The notes beneath the pieces are model-generated. The model did not search any database and was not told the origin of the DNA. It saw nothing but the letters and a program-made list of their open reading frames with translations. From positions 25,851-89,850 of the forward strand of contig JBMYSY010000010.1 of NCBI GenBank assembly GCA_049603795.1: a stretch of 64,000 nucleotides of DNA. Reading direction: 5' to 3'. Shown piece after piece: positions 1 to 8,965 of this stretch. This DNA is from Magnetovibrionaceae bacterium. GTDB taxonomy: Bacteria > Pseudomonadota > Alphaproteobacteria > Rhodospirillales > JBMYSY01. A program made the position numbers and the translations under genes. Within the stretch, counting starts at the first letter, position 1. Every line of letters begins with the position of its first letter.

Positions 1-1
1 G

Positions 2-523
2 AAACCGGATGCCGTCTTCGCCTTTTTCTCCGGTGGCGGAGCTGTGAAATTCGTGAAGGACTTTCAGGCCGCGGGCCTGCGCGACCACATGGGGCTCTAC
101 GGACCCGGGTTCCTGACCGAAGGCGTGGCCGATGCCCAGGGCGATGCCGCCGAGGGCCTGCGGACCACCTTGCACTATGCCGATGGCTTGGATCTTCCCG
201 CAGACAGGGCCTTTCGTGCCGCATACAAGGCCAAAACCGGCCGCGAGGCCAACGTTTTCGCCGTGCAGGGCTATGATACCGGAAGCCTTTTGATCCGGGC
301 CCTCGAAGCCGCCGAAGGTGATCCGTCTCGCATGGACGATATGATCGGGGCTTTGGAAACCGCAGAGCTGGTCGACAGCCCGCGCGGGTCCTGGAAAATG
401 AGCCCGGCCCACAACCCGGTCCAGGATTTCTATCTGCGCGAAGTCCGGGGCGGTCAGCACAAAGTGCTGGGTATTGCCGAGAAAGCGCTGGCCGATCCCG
501 GCGACGGATGTTCGCTGGTGTGA
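2..523 (+). CDS. Periplasmic substrate-binding protein of a LIV-type (Leu/Ile/Val family) ABC transporter, C-terminal fragment; 5' end lies outside the window
   Basis: The reading frame of ORF 44..523 stays open to the window edge. Sequence (GLYGPGFLTEG, AVQGYDTGSLL) resembles the C-terminal lobe of type-I binding proteins. LivH/LivM-like permease genes follow directly. Confidence 0.75.
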   Translation, partial: KPDAVFAFFSGGGAVKFVKDFQAAGLRDHMGLYGPGFLTEGVADAQGDAAEGLRTTLHYADGLDLPADRAFRAAYKAKTGREANVFAVQGYDTGSLLIRALEAAEGDPSRMDDMIGALETAELVDSPRGSWKMSPAHNPVQDFYLREVRGGQHKVLGIAEKALADPGDGCSLV

Positions 524-555
524 GCCCCCTTCGCTTGATTGCAACCTAGCGCCCC

Positions 556-1428
556 ATGGACATATCCGCCCTTTTTGTCCAACTGCTCAACGGTCTTCAG
601 GCCGGTCTGGTCCTGTTTCTCGTCGCCAGCGGTCTGACCTTGCTGTTTGGCATCGTCGGAATCATCAATCTGGCCCATGGTGCCTTCTTCATGCTGGGGG
701 CGTACCTCTGCTGGTGGCTGGTGGGCTTAACCGACAGTCTGGCCCTGGCTCTGGTCGTTGGCACGACGATCATGGCGGCTTCCGGAATGGTCCTGGAAAA
801 AGTCGTCTTCCGCCCCTTGCAGGGGCGCGATCACCTGGATCAAGTGATTGTCACCTTCGGTCTGATTTTGGTCATCGACGATCTTCAGAAGACGCTTTTC
901 GGCAGCGACTTCCGGTCCGTCCCGATCCCGGAAGCCTTGAACGGCTCGATCGCCCTGTCCGATGTGCAGAGCTATCCGGTCTACAGGTTGTTCGTGGCCC
1001 TGATGGCGATCGTGCTTGCCATTGGCTTGGCTGTACTGATCAAGCAATCGCGACTCGGTATGTTGATGCGGGCCGGGGCAACCAGGCCTGAGATGCTCTC
1101 CGCCCTCGGGACGGACCTGGGCCGGCTGATGGGCATTGTCGTAGCACTCGGCGCGGGGCTTGCCGCCTTTGCCGGGATGATCCAGGCACCGGTAAGCTCC
1201 GTCTATCCCGGTATGGGTGACCAGGTGCTGATCCTGTCCTTCGTCGTGGTCGTCCTGGGCGGGACGGGCTCTCTCAAAGGTGCCTTTTGGGCAGCACTCT
1301 TGGTGGGCCTGGCTGATACCTTCGGCAAGGTCTTTTTTCCGGATCTAGCAAGCCTTGGGATCTATGCGCTCATGGCAGCCATTCTGGCCTGGCGACCGCA
1401 GGGCCTGTTCGGAAAGGCTCCGGCATGA
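556..1428 (+). CDS. Branched-chain amino acid-type ABC transporter permease (LivH-like)
   Basis: 290 aa, multi-TM. N-terminal LVASGLTLLFGIVGIINLAHGAFFMLGAY signature of LivH-family permeases. Operon context. Confidence 0.88.
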   Translation: MDISALFVQLLNGLQAGLVLFLVASGLTLLFGIVGIINLAHGAFFMLGAYLCWWLVGLTDSLALALVVGTTIMAASGMVLEKVVFRPLQGRDHLDQVIVTFGLILVIDDLQKTLFGSDFRSVPIPEALNGSIALSDVQSYPVYRLFVALMAIVLAIGLAVLIKQSRLGMLMRAGATRPEMLSALGTDLGRLMGIVVALGAGLAAFAGMIQAPVSSVYPGMGDQVLILSFVVVVLGGTGSLKGAFWAALLVGLADTFGKVFFPDLASLGIYALMAAILAWRPQGLFGKAPA

Positions 1429-2390
1429 GCCGCACCAGCCTCCTTTCCGCTCTGACCATCGGTTGTCTGGCGGTACTTCCCTTCGGCACGGCACTGGGCC
1501 TAGATCCCTACTACCTGACGCTTGCCAGCCGTCTTGCCATCCTGGCCCTTTTTGCGCTCAGTCTGGACCTTTTGGTCGGTCTGGCGGGAATGGTGAGCCT
1601 CGGCCATGCGGCATTCTTCGGCCTCGGCGGATATGGCCTCGCCATTCTGGCAATCGACGGTAGCGCACCACCCGCAGAACTCGCCATCCCCCTGGCCCTG
1701 GTTGGCTGCGCCGCCGCCGCCACGGTCATCGGCTGGTTCAGCACCCGAACCAGAGAAGTCGGTTTTCTGATGATCACCCTGGCCTTCGCGCAGATGCTCT
1801 ATTTCCTCTTCAACGAAAGCACTGCCCTAGGCTCTTCCGACGGACTGTTCCTGTCGGGTTATGATTCCCTCTTTGGCCTTTCGCTTTGGGACGAGACCCA
1901 TTTTCACTGGATCGTCACCGCCTGCCTTGGGGGGGCGCTGCTGGTCTTGCTGCGCATCAAGGAATCGCGCTTCGGACGCCTTCTGGCGGCAGGGGCAGCC
2001 AATCCGGTGCGGGTCCGCGCACTCGGCATCGACCTGAAAGCGCTGCATCTTGTGGCCTTCATCCTCGCCGGGGCCCTGGCTGGCCTCGCCGGGATTCTGG
2101 ATGGCCTGCAAAACAGCTTTGTTTCACCTGGATCCCTGCACTGGAAATTGAGCGGGCTAGCCTTGGTGATTGTTCTGCTGGGACGAAGGGGCACATTGAT
2201 CGGCCCGGTCTTGGCGGCCTTCGGTTTCGGCCTGTTGCAGGATCAACTGCAGGACACCACGACCCATTGGCATCTCTGGCTGGGGCTCGGCGTGATGGGG
2301 ATGGTTCTGGTGCCCGCCTGGACAACCCGGTTGGGTCGAGCCCCCGTCAGTCGTCTTCGTCCTTTTGGGGGCGCCAGAAAATCAAGTTGA
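1425..2390 (+). CDS. Branched-chain amino acid-type ABC transporter permease (LivM-like)
   Basis: 321 aa, multi-TM. LDLLVGLAGMVSLGHAAFFGLGGY motif. 4-nt start/stop overlap with the upstream permease. Confidence 0.88.
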   Translation: MSRTSLLSALTIGCLAVLPFGTALGLDPYYLTLASRLAILALFALSLDLLVGLAGMVSLGHAAFFGLGGYGLAILAIDGSAPPAELAIPLALVGCAAAATVIGWFSTRTREVGFLMITLAFAQMLYFLFNESTALGSSDGLFLSGYDSLFGLSLWDETHFHWIVTACLGGALLVLLRIKESRFGRLLAAGAANPVRVRALGIDLKALHLVAFILAGALAGLAGILDGLQNSFVSPGSLHWKLSGLALVIVLLGRRGTLIGPVLAAFGFGLLQDQLQDTTTHWHLWLGLGVMGMVLVPAWTTRLGRAPVSRLRPFGGARKSS

Positions 2391-2589
2391 TACCCACTGA
2401 AAACACAACGGAAAGGGTCATGATCCCGAGGATCACGGTCACATTGGCCCCGATGGTATCGCGCAGGATAAAAACGATGATCAGACCGGTGATCACGCCC
2501 CAGGCAACGGCAAAAGCTGGTTTCATGCTGGGAATCCCCTTAGAGCTGGCAATCTTGGAGTCTTTAAACGGTGTTAGTGTGACCGCCAC
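2347..2589 (-). CDS. Hypothetical small membrane protein
   Basis: Small ORF convergent with livM-like, overlapping its 3' end by 44 nt. From the internal ATG at 2526 it encodes about 59 aa with two hydrophobic helices and an acidic tail. No family recognised. Start uncertain (GTG 2589 or ATG 2526). Confidence 0.35.
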   Translation of the reverse strand: MAVTLTPFKDSKIASSKGIPSMKPAFAVAWGVITGLIIVFILRDTIGANVTVILGIMTLSVVFSVGINLIFWRPQKDEDD

Positions 2590-2645
2590 GAAGGGTCAAG
2601 ACTCTCGGAAATACAGCAGTCGGCCGATCACCCGGCCCAGCACCG

Positions 2646-5318
2646 TTGTTTCCGCCAACGCTTCATGCGACATATATCTCCGACATTCTTTTGATCAGCA
2701 GGTTAAACCCTTTGCCGCCACCTGATACGACGACCGGCGAGACCTCTCCGGGCCAAGAGCAAAAACCCGGTCAGACGAGCGACCTGACCGCTGGCTATGC
2801 GCCGCAGGATGGCGTCTTCGACGAATTGGTGGACGAGCGAGGTCAGGTTCGCGATCATTGGCGAAAGCTCCTGCGCAACCTCAACGACATGTCGACTGAT
2901 GAAATCGCACGGGCTTGGGAAACCGCCCAGCGTACGATTCGCGATAACGGCGTCACCTACAACGTCTACGGCGACCCCCAGGGCATGGAACGCCCCTGGG
3001 AGTTGGATCCCATCCCCCTCCTGATCGGGGCAGAGGAATGGCGGGAGTTGGAGCGAGGCCTGATCCAGCGTGCGAGGCTTCTGAACTTCATCTGTGCGGA
3101 CCTCTATGGCCCACAGCGTCTGTTGACCGAAGGACATCTGCCGGCCGCCTTGGTTTTGGGAAATCCGAATTTCCTCCGACCGATGCACAACGTCGGCCAG
3201 CCCTTTGATACCTTTCTGCATCTGATCGCGATCGACTTGGCGCGGGCACCCGATGGCCGTTGGTGGGTCCTGTCTGACCGTACCCAGGCCCCGAGCGGCG
3301 CGGGATACGCGCTTGAAAACCGGGTGGTCATGGCGCGCGCCCTGCCCGACATCTTTCGGGAAACCCATGTGCTTCGGCTGGCTTCCTTCTTCCAGACGCT
3401 GCGGGAAAACCTGATTCGGCTGAGCCCCAGAGAAGATCCCCGGATCGTCCTGTTGACGCCCGGGCCATTCAACGAAACCTACTTCGAACATGCCTACCTG
3501 GCGCGATACCTTGGCTTTGCCCTGGTTGAGGGTGCAGACCTCACCGTCCGCGACAACCGGGTTTACGTGAAATCATTGGATGGCTTGAAGCAGGTGGACA
3601 TGATCGTTCGCCGTCAGGACTCCGACTGGTGCGATCCCTTGGCCCTGCGCCCTGACTCCGCTCTCGGCATCGCGGGCCTTGTCGAGGCCGTGCGCGCAGG
3701 GAATGTCGTGGTCGCCAACGCACTGGGATCGGGCATTACCGAATGCGAAGCCATGATGAGCTTCCTTCCCAATCTCGCCAAGGAGATCCTCGACGAAGAG
3801 CTCTTGCTGCCGTCCACAGCCACATGGTGGTGCGGCCAGGAGGAAGCTCGGGATTACGTGCTCGGCAACTTGGATGATCTGGCCATCGCACCCGCCTTTC
3901 GCCGCCTTGGCGGCCAGACCATGCCACAAGACAGCCGCCCGGCGGTCGAACTCGACCCGGAAGAGCGCGCCGACCTTGAACGCGCCATCCGAACCCGAGG
4001 CTACGAGCACGTCGGCCAGGAAATGGTCTCTCTGTCCACGGCACCGGTATGGGCAGGCAGCAAACTGGCACCGGGCCCGATGTCGCTGCGCGTCTTCCTG
4101 GCGGCAGCGGGCGACACCTATGTGGTGATGCCGGGCGGCCTCGCGCGGCTTTCGGACAACGACGATGCCCATGCCGTTTCCATGCAGCGAGGTGCCGGAT
4201 CAAAGGATACCTGGGTGCTCTCCGATGGGCCGATCAGCACCTTCAGCCTTCTGCAGCCGCCGGGCCACAAGCTCCGCTTACGTCGCTCGGGCCGTGATCT
4301 TCCCAGTCGGGCCGCCGACAATCTGTTCTGGCTCGGTCGGTATACCGAACGCGCTGAGGCGACTGTGCGGATGCTCCGCAGCCTGGTTTCCCGCCTGACG
4401 GATGACGCCGATCTGATCAACAAGGCCGATGCCTTGAACCGTCTTCTGGATGTGCTGATCGAAGACGGAGTGGCACCGGAATCCCTGCGCGAGCGCGTTG
4501 AGGAATCCGGGATCGAGTGCCTGGACCATGACCTGCGTCATCTTTTGTTTGACCCCGATTGCCCGCTGGGGCTGGCGAACACGCTGGCCAATGTTCGCCG
4601 AACGGCTTGGCTGACCCGTGACCGCCTCAGCGTCGATGCCTGGCGCACATTGAACAGGCTCCGCGCCGATCAGGTCTGGCAACCCCGCTACGGCCGGGAG
4701 ATTGCCGATAGCGTTAACCTGTTGAACGAACTTTTGCGCACCCTTTCCGCTTTTTCCGGCATGGAGGGGGAAAACATGACCCGGAGCTATTCCTGGCGCT
4801 TCCTGGATATGGGGCGGCGGACGGAACGGGCGGGGCACATGGCGCGCCTGCTTCAGGCGCTGGTAACCGAGGGAGACCCCGAAACCCAGGGCCTTCTCGA
4901 CCTGACGCTCGAAATCGCGGACAGCTTCATGACCTACCGGTCGCGGTATCTGTCCACCCTCCAGCTGGCACCGGTGACCGACCTGCTGCTTGCCGACGAT
5001 ACCAACCCACGATCCGTCGCTTTCCAGATCAGAAGGCTCGAAGCGCATCTGGAGCAACTTCCAGGCGATCCGATGCGGGCTGGCATTTCGAATGAGCTGA
5101 AGTTCATCCGCAAGGCGCGGATTGACCTGGAACTGGCCGATATTGTCGAGCTGTGCAATGCCAAGACCAAGAAAGGCCTCCGAAAAGACCTGTACAACTT
5201 CCTCGATCAGGTCATGGCTTCCCTGCCTGCCTTCTCGGAAGAACTGGCCAGGACCTATTTCAGTCACGCGGCCATCGTGCGGCCCAAGCGAATGGGAGCG
5301 CGCGGCAATGCTTTATGA
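2646..5318 (+). CDS. Fused circularly permuted type-2 ATP-grasp / alpha-E domain protein
   Basis: 890 aa. The N-terminal half is colinear with ORF 7177-8619 (GVTYNVYGD vs GITFTVYSD; FNETYFEHAYLARYLGFALVEGADL vs FNSAYFEHVFLAREMGVPLVEGRDL; GSKDTWVLS vs GTKDTWVLA). The C-terminal part has alpha-E signatures (ADNLFWLGRYTERAE; WRFLDMGRRTERA). The TTG start at 2646 is uncertain. Confidence 0.85.
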   Translation: MFPPTLHATYISDILLISRLNPLPPPDTTTGETSPGQEQKPGQTSDLTAGYAPQDGVFDELVDERGQVRDHWRKLLRNLNDMSTDEIARAWETAQRTIRDNGVTYNVYGDPQGMERPWELDPIPLLIGAEEWRELERGLIQRARLLNFICADLYGPQRLLTEGHLPAALVLGNPNFLRPMHNVGQPFDTFLHLIAIDLARAPDGRWWVLSDRTQAPSGAGYALENRVVMARALPDIFRETHVLRLASFFQTLRENLIRLSPREDPRIVLLTPGPFNETYFEHAYLARYLGFALVEGADLTVRDNRVYVKSLDGLKQVDMIVRRQDSDWCDPLALRPDSALGIAGLVEAVRAGNVVVANALGSGITECEAMMSFLPNLAKEILDEELLLPSTATWWCGQEEARDYVLGNLDDLAIAPAFRRLGGQTMPQDSRPAVELDPEERADLERAIRTRGYEHVGQEMVSLSTAPVWAGSKLAPGPMSLRVFLAAAGDTYVVMPGGLARLSDNDDAHAVSMQRGAGSKDTWVLSDGPISTFSLLQPPGHKLRLRRSGRDLPSRAADNLFWLGRYTERAEATVRMLRSLVSRLTDDADLINKADALNRLLDVLIEDGVAPESLRERVEESGIECLDHDLRHLLFDPDCPLGLANTLANVRRTAWLTRDRLSVDAWRTLNRLRADQVWQPRYGREIADSVNLLNELLRTLSAFSGMEGENMTRSYSWRFLDMGRRTERAGHMARLLQALVTEGDPETQGLLDLTLEIADSFMTYRSRYLSTLQLAPVTDLLLADDTNPRSVAFQIRRLEAHLEQLPGDPMRAGISNELKFIRKARIDLELADIVELCNAKTKKGLRKDLYNFLDQVMASLPAFSEELARTYFSHAAIVRPKRMGARGNAL

Positions 5319-6219
5319 TGTCAGCCACCGCACGGTCTACAAGTATTCACAGCCGGTCTCGATTTCTCACCACCTGTTGCACATGTCGCCGCGAACAAGC
5401 GACCGTCAGGCGAACTATGCCCATCGTCTCCACGTCGAGCCGGCACCTGCGATTTCGGAGACCCTGACAGACTACTTCGGCAATCCGGCGAACTACCTGA
5501 CCATCCAACAGGATCACACGAAGCTTGTGCTGCACGTGACCAGCCGGATCGAGGTCATGCCACCCGAGTTGCCCGAGCCGGCGAGCACGCCAGCCTGGGA
5601 TAGTGTGCCGGCGACCCTGGCAGCCGATTTCAGCCCGGACGGCCTTGATATCTTCCAGTATACGTTTGATTCCAATCACACGGTCGGTGGCGAGGGCATT
5701 TCTGAGTATGCCCGCCCTTCCTTTCCGACAGGACGCCCGATCCTGGAGGCTGCCCTTGACCTGAACCGCCGGATTTTCAAGGATTTCTCCTATTCAGGAT
5801 CAGCGACGGATGTCTCAACGCCCATTGATGACGTTCTGGAGATGCGCCAAGGCGTATGCCAAGATTTTGCCCATCTGCAACTGGCCTGCTTCCGCAGTCT
5901 GGGGCTGGCGGCGCGGTATGTGTCCGGTTACATCCGGACCTATTCGGACAAAAGTGACGAAAAGCTGATCGGCGCGGATGCAAGCCACGCCTGGGTCAGC
6001 CTGTTTGTGCCGGGAACGGGTTGGGTCGATCTGGACCCGACCAACAACAAGCCCGCGACCGAAGAACACATCACCATCGCCTGGGGCCGGGACTACGCCG
6101 ATGTCAGCCCCATCAATGGGTTCATCCTGGGCGGCGGTGCCCACGAGGTCTCAGTCGCTGTTGAGGTAAAGCCCCTTGGGCAACCGGTGGCTCGGCACGT
6201 AAACGCGGTCAATAATTAG
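5308..6219 (+). CDS. Transglutaminase-like family protein (papain-fold Cys-His-Asp core)
   Basis: ATG at 5308 overlaps the upstream stop by 11 nt. N-terminus MLYDVSHRTVYKYS is typical of the bacterial transglutaminase N-domain. Core motifs GVCQDFAHL and SHAWVSLFVPGTGWVDLDPTN. Confidence 0.88.
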   Translation: MLYDVSHRTVYKYSQPVSISHHLLHMSPRTSDRQANYAHRLHVEPAPAISETLTDYFGNPANYLTIQQDHTKLVLHVTSRIEVMPPELPEPASTPAWDSVPATLAADFSPDGLDIFQYTFDSNHTVGGEGISEYARPSFPTGRPILEAALDLNRRIFKDFSYSGSATDVSTPIDDVLEMRQGVCQDFAHLQLACFRSLGLAARYVSGYIRTYSDKSDEKLIGADASHAWVSLFVPGTGWVDLDPTNNKPATEEHITIAWGRDYADVSPINGFILGGGAHEVSVAVEVKPLGQPVARHVNAVNN

Positions 6220-7208
6220 CCGCCCTCATCTTCCGGCTTTTCGTAGCCGAAGAAAATCAGGCCGAGGTGCGCGCTGAGATCGAGCAGACGAAGCTGCACA
6301 CGGTCCAGATATTCGTGCAGGCCATCGGTCAGGATTTCTTCGGAACGCCGGAAGCGCACTAGGCTTTCCAACCCCTCCACCATGGCCACGGCTGGCTTGA
6401 CCCGTTCACCGTGAATGGCCTGCAGGTTGTAGAGCAACTCTTGAAGTTGGCGGATGCAGGAATTCAGGGATCTGGGAAATGCCGGGTCGAACAGCATAAA
6501 GGTGACGACGTTTTCCGGCTTCATCCCCCTGGGATAGACCCTGCGGAAGCTGTGATAGCCGGCAGCTGAGCGCAGAACCGCGTTCCACTGGGCCACATCC
6601 ACCGGTGTGCCGACGTCTTCGACCTTCGGCAAAAGGGTGTGGTATTTGATATCCACCAAACGCGTCATCTGGTCTGCGCGTTCCAACATCTTGCCGATGC
6701 GATAGAAATGCCAGGCCTGATCGCGATAGGCCGTGCCGTCCATGATGCCCGCATGCTGCTGGCAGCTATCCTTAATGCTCTGGCAGAGGTCGGGTAGCAC
6801 GCTCGGCTTCAGGTCCTTCTTGCGAACCCCTTTCAGATCGTTGTGGAAGACGTTCAGTTGCCGCCAAACCTCAACAGAAATCAGGTGCCGCAGAGAACGC
6901 GCGTTTTCCCGAGCCGACCAGACGCAAGAAGAGATCGAATTCAGGTTGTTGCGATCGGTGACATAGAAGTCCACCACGGCATCCGCGGTCGCCTTATCAT
7001 GGCTTTCAAAGAATTCGTCGTTGTCTGCAAAAATGTGAACAATGGGCAACCAGTTCTGTTCGCCCTTGCTGTCGCGGGCAAAAGTTTCGTTCACGTCCAG
7101 GATGCGGGCCAGGTTCTCGGCGCGCTCCATATAACGCGCCATCCAGAAGCTGTTTTCGGCAAAGCGGGCGAGGAGATCAAGCAAGGACCCAGGTATCCTT
7201 TGTTCCAC
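6216..7208 (-). CDS. Alpha-E domain protein
   Basis: 330 aa. LLARFAENSFWMARYMERAENLARILDV and WHFYRIGKMLERADQMTRLVD are alpha-E repeats. Start is GTG 7208 (32-nt overlap with the upstream gene) or TTG 7184. Confidence 0.85.
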   Translation of the reverse strand: MEQRIPGSLLDLLARFAENSFWMARYMERAENLARILDVNETFARDSKGEQNWLPIVHIFADNDEFFESHDKATADAVVDFYVTDRNNLNSISSCVWSARENARSLRHLISVEVWRQLNVFHNDLKGVRKKDLKPSVLPDLCQSIKDSCQQHAGIMDGTAYRDQAWHFYRIGKMLERADQMTRLVDIKYHTLLPKVEDVGTPVDVAQWNAVLRSAAGYHSFRRVYPRGMKPENVVTFMLFDPAFPRSLNSCIRQLQELLYNLQAIHGERVKPAVAMVEGLESLVRFRRSEEILTDGLHEYLDRVQLRLLDLSAHLGLIFFGYEKPEDEGG

Positions 7209-8619
7209 CGCCTTGCGACGAGTTGACGATAAGCGAGCCGCGTTTCAAGGCGACGCGGGTCAGGCCGCCGGGCAGAACCCAGGTGGATTGCCCTGTGATG
7301 ACGAAGGGCCGCAGGTCCACGTGCCGGGGCTCAATCCCCTCCTCACAGACCGTCGGAGAGACCGAGAGCGAGATCATCGGTTGACTGATGTAATTGGACG
7401 GGTTCGCCTTGAGGACCTTGGCACAGTCTTCCAACTGGTCCTTGCTGGCCTTGGGGCCCACGGTGATCCCGTATCCGCCGGACTCACCGACCGGCTTGAC
7501 AACAAGGTTCTTCAGATTATCGAGCGTGTACTGAAGAGCCTTCTTTTCGCGGCAAATATTGGTCTCGACATTGTCCAGGATCGCGTCCTGGTCCAGATAG
7601 TATTTGATGATTCGCGGCATATAGGCATAGACCGCCTTATCGTCGGCGACACCGGTTCCGACCGCATTGGCGAGAGACACCTTGCCCGCCTTGTAAGCCC
7701 GCATGAGGCCAGGAACGCCAAGAACGCTGTCTTTGTTAAAGACTTCCGGGTCCAGAAAGTCATCATCAATCCGGCGATAGATCACATCGACAGGAGCCAG
7801 GCCCGCGACGGTCTTCATGTGCACACGGTCGTCGTCATCGACGATGAGGTCGCGCCCTTCCACAAGGGGAACGCCCATCTCCCGGGCGAGGAAGACATGT
7901 TCGAAATAGGCGGAATTGAAAACGCCGGGGCTTAACAGCACGATCCGCGGATCATCAGCACCGGCCGGAGCCACCTCCAACATTTTTTCGCGCAGGTGCA
8001 TCCCGTAATCGGAAACGGGACGAATCCCCACACCTTCCAACAGGTCCGGAAAGGCCCGCAGCATCAAATGGCGGTTTTCGATCACGTAGGAAACGCCCGA
8101 AGGTGTGCGGGCATTGTCTTCCAAGACCTTCAAGCGACCATCAACATCGCGAATGATATCGATGCCGTAAATGTGGACATAGGTATCATGAGCCAGATCG
8201 ACGCCGACCATTTCCGGCCGGTAATTGGCATTCTTGAGCACCAGGTCCTTCGGGATGATGCCGTCTTTCAATATCTGTTGTTTGCCGTAGATGTCTTTCA
8301 GAAACAGATTCAGGGCCGTCACCCGCTGGATCGCCCCCTGTTCAATCGCCTGCCAATCTTCATGGGAAAGCACACGCGGCACCACATCGAAAGGCAGGAT
8401 GCGGTCGATCACATCCCTGTCCGAATAGACGGTGAAGGTGATACCGAGGTTGAACAGCTCCCTTTCCGTCGCTGCCGACCGCCGCTTCAACCCGGCCAGG
8501 GTCAGGCGGTTCAGGCGCTTCAAGACTGCTGCCGTGTGGTCGGTGCCGCCATCCGGTGCGCCCATCATCTCGCAGAAGAAAGCTTTTTGGTCGTAATCTT
8601 TCAAAAGGCCTTTGGCCAC
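7177..8619 (-). CDS. Circularly permuted type-2 ATP-grasp protein
   Basis: 480 aa. Paralogous to the N-terminal half of ORF 2646-5318. Ends SSQGGGTKDTWVLA. Immediately upstream of the alpha-E gene. Confidence 0.87.
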   Translation of the reverse strand: MAKGLLKDYDQKAFFCEMMGAPDGGTDHTAAVLKRLNRLTLAGLKRRSAATERELFNLGITFTVYSDRDVIDRILPFDVVPRVLSHEDWQAIEQGAIQRVTALNLFLKDIYGKQQILKDGIIPKDLVLKNANYRPEMVGVDLAHDTYVHIYGIDIIRDVDGRLKVLEDNARTPSGVSYVIENRHLMLRAFPDLLEGVGIRPVSDYGMHLREKMLEVAPAGADDPRIVLLSPGVFNSAYFEHVFLAREMGVPLVEGRDLIVDDDDRVHMKTVAGLAPVDVIYRRIDDDFLDPEVFNKDSVLGVPGLMRAYKAGKVSLANAVGTGVADDKAVYAYMPRIIKYYLDQDAILDNVETNICREKKALQYTLDNLKNLVVKPVGESGGYGITVGPKASKDQLEDCAKVLKANPSNYISQPMISLSVSPTVCEEGIEPRHVDLRPFVITGQSTWVLPGGLTRVALKRGSLIVNSSQGGGTKDTWVLA

Positions 8620-8836
8620 GAAAACCTCGCGTCCCCATGTTCCAGTCCCAACAATCCAGGAGGGAGCCCACCTGGGCCACGACTGAAAGGGTGAAACGTT
8701 GAAATCGGTCGTTCCAGCAGATGCGACCGGGCTTGGAAAAGTTTCTAAAATAAGTCTAAGCCAGCGATCAAAGGCTTGTCCAGACCCACTTCATTCGACG
8801 GTCGGCTTCAACGGTGGGCCTTTGCGCACAGCAAAT

Positions 8837-8886
8837 TTCTTCAAATTTTATCGATAATTATCGGCACTTAAGCCGCAAATAAAACA
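8837..8886 (+). promoter_or_regulatory. Candidate promoter/operator block shared with the tadG-like upstream region
   Basis: The 15-mer TTCTTCAAATTTTAT (8837-8851) is identical to 32281-32295. A second block, AATAAAACA (8878-8886), ends at the same offset as AATAAAAACA at 32321-32330. The motif core ends 116 nt before ATG 8966. Confidence 0.4.
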
Positions 8887-8965
8887 TTCGGATAAGCGAA
8901 GACTCCGGAATACCTTATGGGAGCAGTCCGGTTAATTTAAGCTCTCACAATCAGGGTCTGAGGTT

